Shown here in pieces: positions 42,048 to 49,986 of a stretch of 64,000 bases of DNA. The DNA lies in IMG/VR virus record IMGVR_UViG_3300005265_000001, positions 41,898 to 105,897 of that record; one strand, 5' to 3'. Position 1 is the first letter of the stretch; each line of letters opens with the position of its first letter. The DNA comes from a virus. The position numbers and the translations under genes are program-made. The notes under the pieces were generated by a model. That model saw only the letters and a list, made by a program, of their open reading frames with translations. It was not told where the DNA came from and made no database searches.

Positions 42048-42323
42048 ATGGATGAAGAAATCAGAAAAATCCAAAAAAGAATCAATTTATTAAAAGAAGA
42101 ACTTAAATTACTGAATGAACTTGTGGAATTAAGAGAAAAATTAGAGGAAATGAATAAACCAAAAGAATATATTCCGTATGTTCCTTATGTCCCATGCCCA
42201 CAACCATATCCATACGATCCTTGCAAACCTTATATTTGGTATTGGTATGAAAAAGATTCAAGTGGGTCAATTTCAATTGATTCAGTATCGGTTTCATCCG
42301 GTAATTATAAATGTTCAATGTGA
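42048..42323 (+). CDS. Hypothetical protein (coiled coil plus P/Y/C-rich tail)
   Basis: GGAGGT SD; TTATATTATT motif at 42000-42009. Confidence 0.6.
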   Translation: MDEEIRKIQKRINLLKEELKLLNELVELREKLEEMNKPKEYIPYVPYVPCPQPYPYDPCKPYIWYWYEKDSSGSISIDSVSVSSGNYKCSM

Positions 42324-42363
42324 TAATAAATCTGTAAAATCTTAAAAATATAAGGGATTTAAA

Positions 42364-42534
42364 ATGATTATATTTACCGATGAGAATATTGTAGAACAAA
42401 ACATTGTAGATATCCAAAATAAAAACTATATAACAGAAGGCATTTCATTAGTTATAAAATGCAACAATAGTCTATTAGAAATCTTACTTGAAAAAAGTGA
42501 ATTAGAAAAAGCAATTAAACTATTAAATCAATAA
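42364..42534 (+). CDS. Small hypothetical protein (56 aa, not in the ORF track)
   Basis: MIIFTDENIVEQN...KAIKLLNQ*; AAGGGA upstream; fills the gap. Confidence 0.45.
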   Translation: MIIFTDENIVEQNIVDIQNKNYITEGISLVIKCNNSLLEILLEKSELEKAIKLLNQ

Positions 42535-42546
42535 AGGAGTAAACGT

Positions 42547-43218
42547 ATGCGTAAACTTTCTGAATTATTAAAAGATCACCAAATGTTTCATTCAAAATTT
42601 CAACAGGATCATTTGATTACGAAAAGGGCGGGGGGAACACTTTATGGACAATACAAACAATCTTTAAGAGAACTTTATAAAAGAGTTAGAGGATTGGCCT
42701 CAGATTGGTATCAAATGGAAAAATTAAAAAATAAAATCAAACAATTACAAGTCAAAGAAGAAAAATTAAATGTTCAAATACATGAATTAGAATATATTGA
42801 GCCACACAATAAAACAAATCTAACCAACATTGAAATCAAAGAATTGAAAATAAAAAAAGAGAAAATTCAATTAGATTTGAAACATTCTATTATGTTACTC
42901 GAAAGTGCTGAACGGTCAACTAAAGAAACATTCAGGGAATTGAAACGATTTTATTCACAAGCCAATTATTTAAAAGATGAAATTGAAAAAAAATATGGGC
43001 CTTTGACAGATAAATTAAAAGAAAAACTTGATAGAGATATGTGGATGTATCGAATTAAAGAAATGTGTGCAATTGATTTAGTTTATAATGGTCGATTGTT
43101 AAATACAACTTATGAATTTTTGATTGCTTTACCAGACGATATGAAACATGAAGTTTTTCAGATTTTAAAAGAAGGTAAAGTAATGATTGAGGATATAAAA
43201 AGAGATTTAATTGAATAA
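42547..43218 (+). CDS. Coiled-coil protein, possible fibre/propeller assembly factor
   Basis: AAGGAG SD; SKFQQDHLI...TLYGQYKQSLRELYKR then a long coiled coil. Confidence 0.55.
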   Translation: MRKLSELLKDHQMFHSKFQQDHLITKRAGGTLYGQYKQSLRELYKRVRGLASDWYQMEKLKNKIKQLQVKEEKLNVQIHELEYIEPHNKTNLTNIEIKELKIKKEKIQLDLKHSIMLLESAERSTKETFRELKRFYSQANYLKDEIEKKYGPLTDKLKEKLDRDMWMYRIKEMCAIDLVYNGRLLNTTYEFLIALPDDMKHEVFQILKEGKVMIEDIKRDLIE

Positions 43219-43219
43219 A

Positions 43220-43318
43220 TGTCATAGGGTGCATAAGATTCATACCTTTTTTTAAATTATATAAATCTATATTTAAAACTTTTTTAAAAAGGGTATGAAT
43301 CCTATGAAGGGTGTGACA
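43220..43318. repeat. Long imperfect inverted repeat
   Basis: CATAAGATTCATACCTTTTTT (43232-43252) versus AAAAAGGGTATGAATCCTATG (43286-43306); outer TGTCA/TGACA. Confidence 0.75.
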
Positions 43319-43329
43319 CAAAATAAATC

Positions 43330-43340
43330 TTTATATTATT
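43330..43340 (+). promoter_or_regulatory. Putative late promoter motif TTTATATTATT
   Basis: Exact motif 30 nt before the ATG at 43370. Confidence 0.6.
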
Positions 43341-43369
43341 AAAAAAAGAGAAAGGGGGTGTTTTAGAGT

Positions 43370-43795
43370 ATGGCTACTGAACATTCAAATCATTACAAAT
43401 ATCAGTTGGCACAGGGAGCTATTGATTTAGACACAGATACTATTAAGTGCGCTTTGATGGCGAGCGGATTTGTCTTCGACAAAGATGCTCATGCTACATG
43501 GGCCGATGTATCTGCCAATGAACTATCTGCTGGAAACGGTTATACTTCTGGGGGAGCTACACTTTCGGGTGCAAGTATGACAGAAGATGACACAAATGAT
43601 CGAATGGAAGTTACCTATGATGATGTTTCTTGGACAGCAAGTGGTGGAAGTATTGGTCCCACACCTGGGGCAATTCTTTACGATACCACAACATCCGATA
43701 GCACCGTCATTGGATATCTTGACTTTGGTTCCGATCAAACAGCGGCAGATGGAGCTAATTTTGTCATTAAAAACATTACAATCCGAATTAGTTAA
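43370..43795 (+). CDS. Small fibre subunit, probably an abundant virion protein
   Basis: DLDTDTIKCALM..GNGYTSGG.TL..WTASGGSIGP..AILY..IGYLDFG; own late motif, strong SD, many C-ending codons, 3' hairpin. Confidence 0.75.
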   Translation: MATEHSNHYKYQLAQGAIDLDTDTIKCALMASGFVFDKDAHATWADVSANELSAGNGYTSGGATLSGASMTEDDTNDRMEVTYDDVSWTASGGSIGPTPGAILYDTTTSDSTVIGYLDFGSDQTAADGANFVIKNITIRIS

Positions 43796-43814
43796 TGTTT
43801 GAAAAATTAGTTGT

Positions 43815-43837
43815 TCTTCCGGTGAAAAGCCGGAAGA
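43815..43837 (+). terminator. GC-rich hairpin after 43370 (stabiliser or terminator; no U-tract)
   Basis: TCTTCCGGT-GAAAA-GCCGGAAGA. Confidence 0.55.
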
Positions 43838-43865
43838 CACTAATCCACAATAACCTTAATAACCA

Positions 43866-43876
43866 TTTATATTATT
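43866..43876 (+). promoter_or_regulatory. Putative late promoter motif TTTATATTATT
   Basis: Exact motif upstream of the holin-like/adaptor/endolysin genes. Confidence 0.55.
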
Positions 43877-43937
43877 ATGCAAAATGAAAAAAATCTTAAA
43901 AATTTTAGGTTTTTTAAAAAAAAAGGAGGATGTTATC

Positions 43938-44126
43938 ATGAAATGGGAAACAGTCGTTGAATGGTTAGGAAAAATCTTGGGTATGGTATTGCCTGTTCTT
44001 ACCCCCTCAATCAAAGATGAATTATTTTCATTTTTGAAGAAACTTCACGAAAAAGCAGTTGAAACAGACAATCCAATTGATGATTTTCTGACACAGTTTT
44101 TACTTGATATTTTTGGAGTTGAATAA
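43938..44126 (+). CDS. Small amphipathic protein, holin-like candidate
   Basis: AGGAGG SD favours ATG 43938; amphipathic N-terminus, TDNPIDD motif; near the endolysin. Confidence 0.4.
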   Translation: MKWETVVEWLGKILGMVLPVLTPSIKDELFSFLKKLHEKAVETDNPIDDFLTQFLLDIFGVE

Positions 44127-44133
44127 AATTGAA

Positions 44134-44160
44134 TTGGGGGATTTTCCCCCAACTTAATTT
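44134..44160 (+). terminator. Hairpin / possible intrinsic terminator
   Basis: TTGGGGG-ATTTT-CCCCCAA followed by T-rich sequence. Confidence 0.5.
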
Positions 44161-44177
44161 TCGGAGAATTTTTAATT

Positions 44178-44498
44178 ATGCCGGATGCCGTAAATACTCA
44201 AAATTTTGAAAAATATAGTGAATCAATTCTCGATTATTCCTTTGATTGGAGTGATTGGTTGGATTATGATACTCATGAAATAATTCAAACTTATGATTTT
44301 GAAATAGTTGGACCTGATACAAATTTAACAGAAGTTAATAGGGATATTTCAAGTGATAGAAAAATGATTACAATTTGGGTTACAGGTGGAACACCAAAGG
44401 CACGGTATAAAATAATTGGTAAAATTACAACAAATTCAACCCCAATAAATAGACATGATATAAGGTTTATTCGTCTTTTAATACTACCAGAAGATTAG
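44178..44498 (+). CDS. Fibre-to-virion adaptor protein (Ig-like)
   Basis: K...ILDYSFDWSDWL...IWVTGGT....YKI...ITT pattern of phage fibre-tail adaptors. Confidence 0.7.
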   Translation: MPDAVNTQNFEKYSESILDYSFDWSDWLDYDTHEIIQTYDFEIVGPDTNLTEVNRDISSDRKMITIWVTGGTPKARYKIIGKITTNSTPINRHDIRFIRLLILPED

Positions 44499-44502
44499 TA
44501 AA

Positions 44503-45063
44503 ATGAAAAAGAAGATAATCGTTTTTGGCGGTCATACAACCAAAAAACCCGGTTGTTTCAGAAATGGGATAAGTGAAGTTGCCTATAATTGGCAAATGGC
44601 AAAATTGGTTGTAAATGGTGTTGATAGTGAAGATGTTATTTTAGGTCCTGAAATTGATTTACACGAAAGAATTAAATGGATAAATGAGAACTATCCAAAA
44701 GCTAAATTAGTAATGGAAATTCATTTAAATTGTTCTGAAAATGAAAAAGCGCACGGAACAGAAGTTTTATACAATGCTATTTGGAATTTAAAATCCCGTA
44801 AATATGCGAAATTATTTTTAAAAAACATTTGTATCAAATTATGGGGGACAAAAAAATCTGATAATTGCAGAGGAACTAAAACATGTCGGACATTAAAAAG
44901 AACACTTTCATTTTTAAAACACACAAAGCCTCCGGCAATTATTACTGAAAGTTTATTTATTTCAAATAATAAAGACAGTTATTATTTGGTAAAAGGTCTT
45001 GGATTTGAAAATATAGTTGAAGCGCATATTGATACAATTAAACAAATTTTGGATGGTGAATAA
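44503..45063 (+). CDS. Endolysin, N-acetylmuramoyl-L-alanine amidase (Amidase_3)
   Basis: GGH, SE..YN, EIHLN, HGTEV and PAIITE zinc/catalytic motifs. Confidence 0.9.
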   Translation: MKKKIIVFGGHTTKKPGCFRNGISEVAYNWQMAKLVVNGVDSEDVILGPEIDLHERIKWINENYPKAKLVMEIHLNCSENEKAHGTEVLYNAIWNLKSRKYAKLFLKNICIKLWGTKKSDNCRGTKTCRTLKRTLSFLKHTKPPAIITESLFISNNKDSYYLVKGLGFENIVEAHIDTIKQILDGE

Positions 45064-45065
45064 AA

Positions 45066-45860
45066 GTGAAATACACTTTTTATGAAACAGTTGGAGATGT
45101 TTATGGAAATGCGGTATCAAATGCAGATGTGTATGTGTATTTATCGGGAACTACAACAGCGGCAAAGGTTTATATAGATGGATCAGCGGTGACAACAGCA
45201 CCGCAAACTTCAACAGATAGTTTTGGATTTTATACTTTTCAAGTTGATGATGATGATTATAGTTATACCCAAACTTTTGATATCAAGGTTGCTAAGAGTG
45301 GGTATGTAGATAAATGGATAAAAAATATCAATATAATTGAAGGTGGTAAATTTGTTAGATTGGATGGAAATTCTTTACCAGAGGCCGATAACACCTATGA
45401 TGTGGGGGATTCAACACATCGTTTCAAGAATATTTATGCGGTTAATTTCAACGGAACGGCGTCAAGTGCTACTTATGCTGATATTGCGGAAAAATATACA
45501 ATTGAAGATATTGAAAATGTGAAGGTCGGAGATGTAATTATTATTTCAGATAAAGATGAATTTGATGGAAAAGTTTCAGATGAAATTGCTTCAAATAAAG
45601 TAATTGGTGTTGTTAGTGAAAATCCGGCATTTAAAATGAACTCGAATTTGGAAAATGGAAAATATATTGCTTTGCGTGGTAGGGTAAAATGTCGAATCTT
45701 TGGTGTTGTATCAAAGGGTGAAGAACTTGTATCTTATGTTAATGGTTGCGCTATTGGTATAAATAATGTTAAAAATTTCCTGGAATCCTATCAACCAGTG
45801 GGAAAATCATTGGAAAATAAGCGGACTTCCGAAGTTGGATTGATTGAAATAATTGTGTAA
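45066..45860 (+). CDS. Short fibre-like protein with C-terminal autocleaving-chaperone-like domain
   Basis: YADIAEKY..GDV..VIGVVS.NPA..MN..IALRGRV.C..G.V.KGE.LV; N-terminus shared with 54887. Confidence 0.65.
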   Translation: MKYTFYETVGDVYGNAVSNADVYVYLSGTTTAAKVYIDGSAVTTAPQTSTDSFGFYTFQVDDDDYSYTQTFDIKVAKSGYVDKWIKNINIIEGGKFVRLDGNSLPEADNTYDVGDSTHRFKNIYAVNFNGTASSATYADIAEKYTIEDIENVKVGDVIIISDKDEFDGKVSDEIASNKVIGVVSENPAFKMNSNLENGKYIALRGRVKCRIFGVVSKGEELVSYVNGCAIGINNVKNFLESYQPVGKSLENKRTSEVGLIEIIV

Positions 45861-45883
45861 CATTTAAACACAATGAGGAAAAT

Positions 45884-46357
45884 ATGAATAAATCAATTGA
45901 TGAATTAATTCTTTTAATAACTACAAGTCGATATTTATCACGAAAACATTATGAGCGTTTTTTGGAAATGTTTGAAGATATCAAAAATGATAATGTTCAA
46001 ACAAAATACAAAGACTTGATTATAGATTGTTATGAAAAAGACAGGGAAATGGTATCACTTTTAGTCAATATGGAGAGATATTTTGCTCAAAATATTGAGT
46101 ATTATGAAAATGATGGAAAGATTGGAATAAAAGATTTGATTGGATATAGAAATGTTATAGATAGAAAGGTGGGGGATGAGCTTTTTGAAAAATATAAAGA
46201 CACAGAGGAAATAAAAGAAATCGTAAAGGGGTTTAAGAATCCTTTTTATACTATGAAAGCCATTTTTCTTGTATTTTTGGCTTTTCAAAATTCCGGTTCA
46301 CCATATTCCAAAGGTGACAAATTTGAACTTACAAAATTATTTAGTGAAGATGAATGA
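45884..46357 (+). CDS. Hypothetical helical protein, first gene of the rSAM cluster
   Basis: ATGA overlap with rSAM-1. Confidence 0.6.
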   Translation: MNKSIDELILLITTSRYLSRKHYERFLEMFEDIKNDNVQTKYKDLIIDCYEKDREMVSLLVNMERYFAQNIEYYENDGKIGIKDLIGYRNVIDRKVGDELFEKYKDTEEIKEIVKGFKNPFYTMKAIFLVFLAFQNSGSPYSKGDKFELTKLFSEDE

Positions 46358-47556
46358 AACGAGATTTTTTTCAGAAAAAAGTATTAAATCGTATTCACTC
46401 GATAGAGCTTGTAATAAGCGAAAAGTGTCAAAATGCTTGCACTTATTGTTACAGAAATCGGTTGCATAAAAAATCAAACATAATAACAGTAAATCCCAAA
46501 ACAATTGAAATTTTTATTAAAAATCTATATGAATTATTTCCCGAATTAACAAAAATCGAAAGATTTGAACTATTTGGGGGAGAACCTTTTTTAGATTACA
46601 GCCATATATTTTCAATCTTTGAAATACTTAATAAATTTGATAATATTAAGAAAGTTGTAGTGCCCACCAATGGTAGATTACTACTATCTTTGAATAAAAT
46701 TGATAGAGAAAAATTATTAAATTCTTGGAATTTTGAGGTTGGAATATCAATGTCTATTGATGGAATAAACGGGCAAAGAAATTTATCAAATTTTGGTAGA
46801 ATGTTGGGATATGAGGAAATTGAAGAGAATGATGAATTTTTTAAGAATTTGAGAGATTTACAAAAAGAAATTGGTTTTGGCGTTCATCCAATGCTATATT
46901 TCGGAAATAATCAAAATTGGGTAGAGCAAGTTAAAAAATGGGTGGAACATGGATTTATACCATATTTATTAGAAATTAGACATCCTCTAAGCAATGATGA
47001 AATACTTGATTCAGTGAAAAATCTTGTATTTGTGGCTAATTACATTTTTAAAAATGTTGATAAAAAACATCATAAAAGATTCAATACAATTTTCCCCATA
47101 AAAGTTCCAAGGGGGCTTGGTTGTTCAGCGTTGACAACTATCACTATTATGCCCAATGGGGATATTCCCTTTTGCCATAGAGTTATAGAACCGCCTTATG
47201 TAATGGGGAATGTTTTGACAAAACAAATTGATTACTCTAAATTTGTAAATTATAAAACATTCGATCACCGAAACAATCCTGAATGTGTGGGTTGCCCTAT
47301 TAGAAAAATATGTTCAGGGCAATGTCTTGGGGCGGCGTATGAATATTATAGAGGCTATCCTTGGTTGAATATTCCTTCAATTTGTCAATATAATTTATTG
47401 AAATATTATGTTTTTTCAGAATTTTTTGAAATATGGAACAATTTTTTAATTGAAAATAGAGTAAATAAAAAAGATATATTGAAAGCATTGAAACGCAATA
47501 ATACAATAAAAGAAAAAATGGGAAAAATGATGAAGGAAATAAAATGTGGGATTTAA
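46354..47556 (+). CDS. Radical SAM/SPASM-domain peptide maturase 1
   Basis: CQNACTYC, FGGEP, SIDG; SPASM GCSAL..PNGDIPFCH..CVGC..KICSGQC..C. Confidence 0.9.
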   Translation: MKRDFFQKKVLNRIHSIELVISEKCQNACTYCYRNRLHKKSNIITVNPKTIEIFIKNLYELFPELTKIERFELFGGEPFLDYSHIFSIFEILNKFDNIKKVVVPTNGRLLLSLNKIDREKLLNSWNFEVGISMSIDGINGQRNLSNFGRMLGYEEIEENDEFFKNLRDLQKEIGFGVHPMLYFGNNQNWVEQVKKWVEHGFIPYLLEIRHPLSNDEILDSVKNLVFVANYIFKNVDKKHHKRFNTIFPIKVPRGLGCSALTTITIMPNGDIPFCHRVIEPPYVMGNVLTKQIDYSKFVNYKTFDHRNNPECVGCPIRKICSGQCLGAAYEYYRGYPWLNIPSICQYNLLKYYVFSEFFEIWNNFLIENRVNKKDILKALKRNNTIKEKMGKMMKEIKCGI

Positions 47557-49070
47557 ACATATATGGATTTAGCACAATAGGACCCGCAACACCCAAAGAA
47601 TATAGTATTAATTTGGGCGATTGGGAAATTATTGATATACCTTTTGATGTGGATAAAGAAGAGGCAAAAAGATATATTTCCAATTTTTTGGATAAAATAG
47701 TTGCCATTGAAATGCCCACTTCATTACAATGTAATTTGAGGTGTAAATATTGTTATATTACTAATCCGAAATATAAAAATACGGTGGTAAAATCAAGTCA
47801 AATAGAAAAAATTATCAATAATGTTAAGAATTTGCTTCCAAACTTCAAAGAAAATTCTAAGGAAAAGATATATTTTACACCTTGGGGGGCGGAACCCCTT
47901 ATCAATATTAATACAATTGAGGTAATTTATAACAAAATTAAAGAGTTCAATTATAAAAATGTCACAATGAATTTTTCCACAAATGCTACGATATTAAACG
48001 AAAAAGTAAAAGATATTCTTTATAAATTGATTGATAAGGATATAATTAAAGATATTCAAGTTTCTATTGATGGTCCACCCGATATTCAAAACTATTATAG
48101 GCCATTTTTAAATGATTCTCCAAGTTTTGATTCTGTTGTTGAATTTGTAAAATGGATAAAAGAAATAGAAAGAGAGAAAAAGAAAAAAATTTTGCATTTT
48201 TGTTCTACCATTTATTTAAGAGACGAAAATTTTATTAATGATTGGTATAAGGCAACAGATTTTTTCTCAGATAAAGATAATGAACTATTTTTTACACAGG
48301 TTATGCCGTCACGTATGAGTGGTGAGGATTTAACAAATGATGAAATGGTGGAAATTTTTGTTGAAGCCATGAGACAAAGCACGGATTTACTTACTAAAAA
48401 GGCTAAAAACCAAAATATTGGGTTAGTTGATTTTTATACAAATAAATTGTTTGGTATTCCTTCGGCGTGTAGTAGAACAGCATATCCTTATTGTTCCGCT
48501 TTAAATACTCAAATTGCAATTGATTTGGATGGATCATTATATCCATGTCACGGTCCTATAACAAATCCAATAAACGAAAAACCGTGGGTATGGTTTGGAA
48601 ACATTTTTGAAAAAAAGATATCATATAGAAGACTAAAAAGGGCAATTTTTTCATTATACGGTGGAACAATTTTTAAAGGGAAATGCAATGATTGTATTAT
48701 TTATCAATTAACTCGATCCCCTATTTGTTGGAGTTGTTATTCTCATAATTTGGCAGTTTCAAATGAACCTTTAACAGATAGTATTTATAGATGTTTTGCC
48801 TTTAATAAATCATTTAAATATTGGTTGATTCAAGCACTTGTATCTATTGAAAATTCTTATGTTTTTCCATTATTAACTAAAAAAATGATAGAGTTTTTGG
48901 GTATTGAAAAAATTGAATCTAATGTAAAAAATAAGATATCATATAAAACTTCAAGTAAATATACATACGGTTATGATGGGGTTTTGGTAAATGCCTGTAA
49001 AAAAATGGAAAAAAATATTAGTTTTGGTGGATATGTTTCTGAATGGTGGCGAATGGATGATTTTAATTAA
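47544..49070 (+). CDS. Radical SAM/SPASM-domain peptide maturase 2
   Basis: CNLRCKYC, WGAEP, STNA, SIDGP; SPASM YCSAL..DGSLYPCH..CNDC..CWSC..C. Confidence 0.9.
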   Translation: MWDLNIYGFSTIGPATPKEYSINLGDWEIIDIPFDVDKEEAKRYISNFLDKIVAIEMPTSLQCNLRCKYCYITNPKYKNTVVKSSQIEKIINNVKNLLPNFKENSKEKIYFTPWGAEPLININTIEVIYNKIKEFNYKNVTMNFSTNATILNEKVKDILYKLIDKDIIKDIQVSIDGPPDIQNYYRPFLNDSPSFDSVVEFVKWIKEIEREKKKKILHFCSTIYLRDENFINDWYKATDFFSDKDNELFFTQVMPSRMSGEDLTNDEMVEIFVEAMRQSTDLLTKKAKNQNIGLVDFYTNKLFGIPSACSRTAYPYCSALNTQIAIDLDGSLYPCHGPITNPINEKPWVWFGNIFEKKISYRRLKRAIFSLYGGTIFKGKCNDCIIYQLTRSPICWSCYSHNLAVSNEPLTDSIYRCFAFNKSFKYWLIQALVSIENSYVFPLLTKKMIEFLGIEKIESNVKNKISYKTSSKYTYGYDGVLVNACKKMEKNISFGGYVSEWWRMDDFN

Positions 49071-49095
49071 ATTATTATTTTGAGGTGTTTGTAGA

Positions 49096-49545
49096 ATGGG
49101 TTATACGTGGACGGATGAGACTTTAGATTCCGATGATGATATTAGAACGTTTCATGTTTCTGAATTAAGAACAAATCTTAATAATGAACGTAACAGAAGA
49201 AGTATGACTCAATTTAGTTGGACAGATGATCCATTGGATTCAGATACTAAGATAAAAACCGTTCACATAAATGAATTACGAAATGGTTGTGATACAACAC
49301 CTGTAAATACAGGGTGTTCTGCGGAAAAAGGAAGCTACTATTCCGATAATGATTCAACTGTATATTCAGATAAAGATGCTACGATTCATTCTGATGAAAA
49401 TACTGGAATAAATTCCGGAAGAGATGTTACGGTGTATAACGGGAGAGATGGGAGCTATCATAATGGATTTGATAGTGACCAATGCGGAACAGATTATGGG
49501 GGCGATGATAGTGATAAAAATAGCGGGATTCATAATGTGGGGTAA
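49096..49545 (+). CDS. Putative rSAM substrate peptide 1 (double leader motif + 19 tetrad repeats)
   Basis: GAGGTG SD; WTD..L....I...H..ELR twice; core in 4-residue register. Confidence 0.7.
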   Translation: MGYTWTDETLDSDDDIRTFHVSELRTNLNNERNRRSMTQFSWTDDPLDSDTKIKTVHINELRNGCDTTPVNTGCSAEKGSYYSDNDSTVYSDKDATIHSDENTGINSGRDVTVYNGRDGSYHNGFDSDQCGTDYGGDDSDKNSGIHNVG

Positions 49546-49548
49546 AAA

Positions 49549-49890
49549 ATGAGTTGGACAGATGACCCTCTTACAGCGGAACTTACAAAAGTAAAAACAA
49601 TTCATATAATTGAATTAAGAAATGCTATTGATGATTTAAGTGAGGGTTGTGTTTCTTATAATAGTTCTTATGATTCGGATAAAGACGCCACAGTTGATTC
49701 AAGTAAAAATAATACGGTAGATTCTACACAATATTCTGGGGCCGATTCATCTCAAAATAGTTCGGCGGATTCCACAAAAGATAATTCAGTAGATGGCACA
49801 AACTGGAACACAGATTATTATGCTAATCATGGAACTCACCACAATTCATGGTGTTCTGGAAACTACACAGATAGGTGTATAGGATATTAA
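49549..49890 (+). CDS. Putative rSAM substrate peptide 2 (single leader motif + 20 tetrad repeats)
   Basis: MSWTDDPL..TKVKTIHIIELRNAID then CVSY NSSY DSDK DATV ... CIGY. Confidence 0.7.
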   Translation: MSWTDDPLTAELTKVKTIHIIELRNAIDDLSEGCVSYNSSYDSDKDATVDSSKNNTVDSTQYSGADSSQNSSADSTKDNSVDGTNWNTDYYANHGTHHNSWCSGNYTDRCIGY

Positions 49891-49918
49891 ATTTAATGAA
49901 TATGATTGTTTGTAACAT

Positions 49919-49941
49919 GGGGATGTCAATCCCCTTTTTTT
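49919..49941 (+). terminator. Intrinsic terminator closing the rSAM/peptide operon
   Basis: GGGGAT-GTCA-ATCCCC-TTTTTTT. Confidence 0.8.
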
Positions 49942-49946
49942 ATGTC

Positions 49947-49957
49947 TTTATATTATT
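49947..49957 (+). promoter_or_regulatory. Putative late promoter motif TTTATATTATT
   Basis: Exact motif right after the terminator, 30 nt before ATG 49987. Confidence 0.6.
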
Positions 49958-49986
49958 TTTCAAAAATTGTGAGTTAGATACTTAAA

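Noticed and set aside
46354-49070. Anaerobic sulfatase maturase, cofactor or DNA-modification role for the rSAM pair
   Set aside because: No sulfatase or cofactor genes nearby, while leader/core-like peptides are in the same operon. Not formally excluded.
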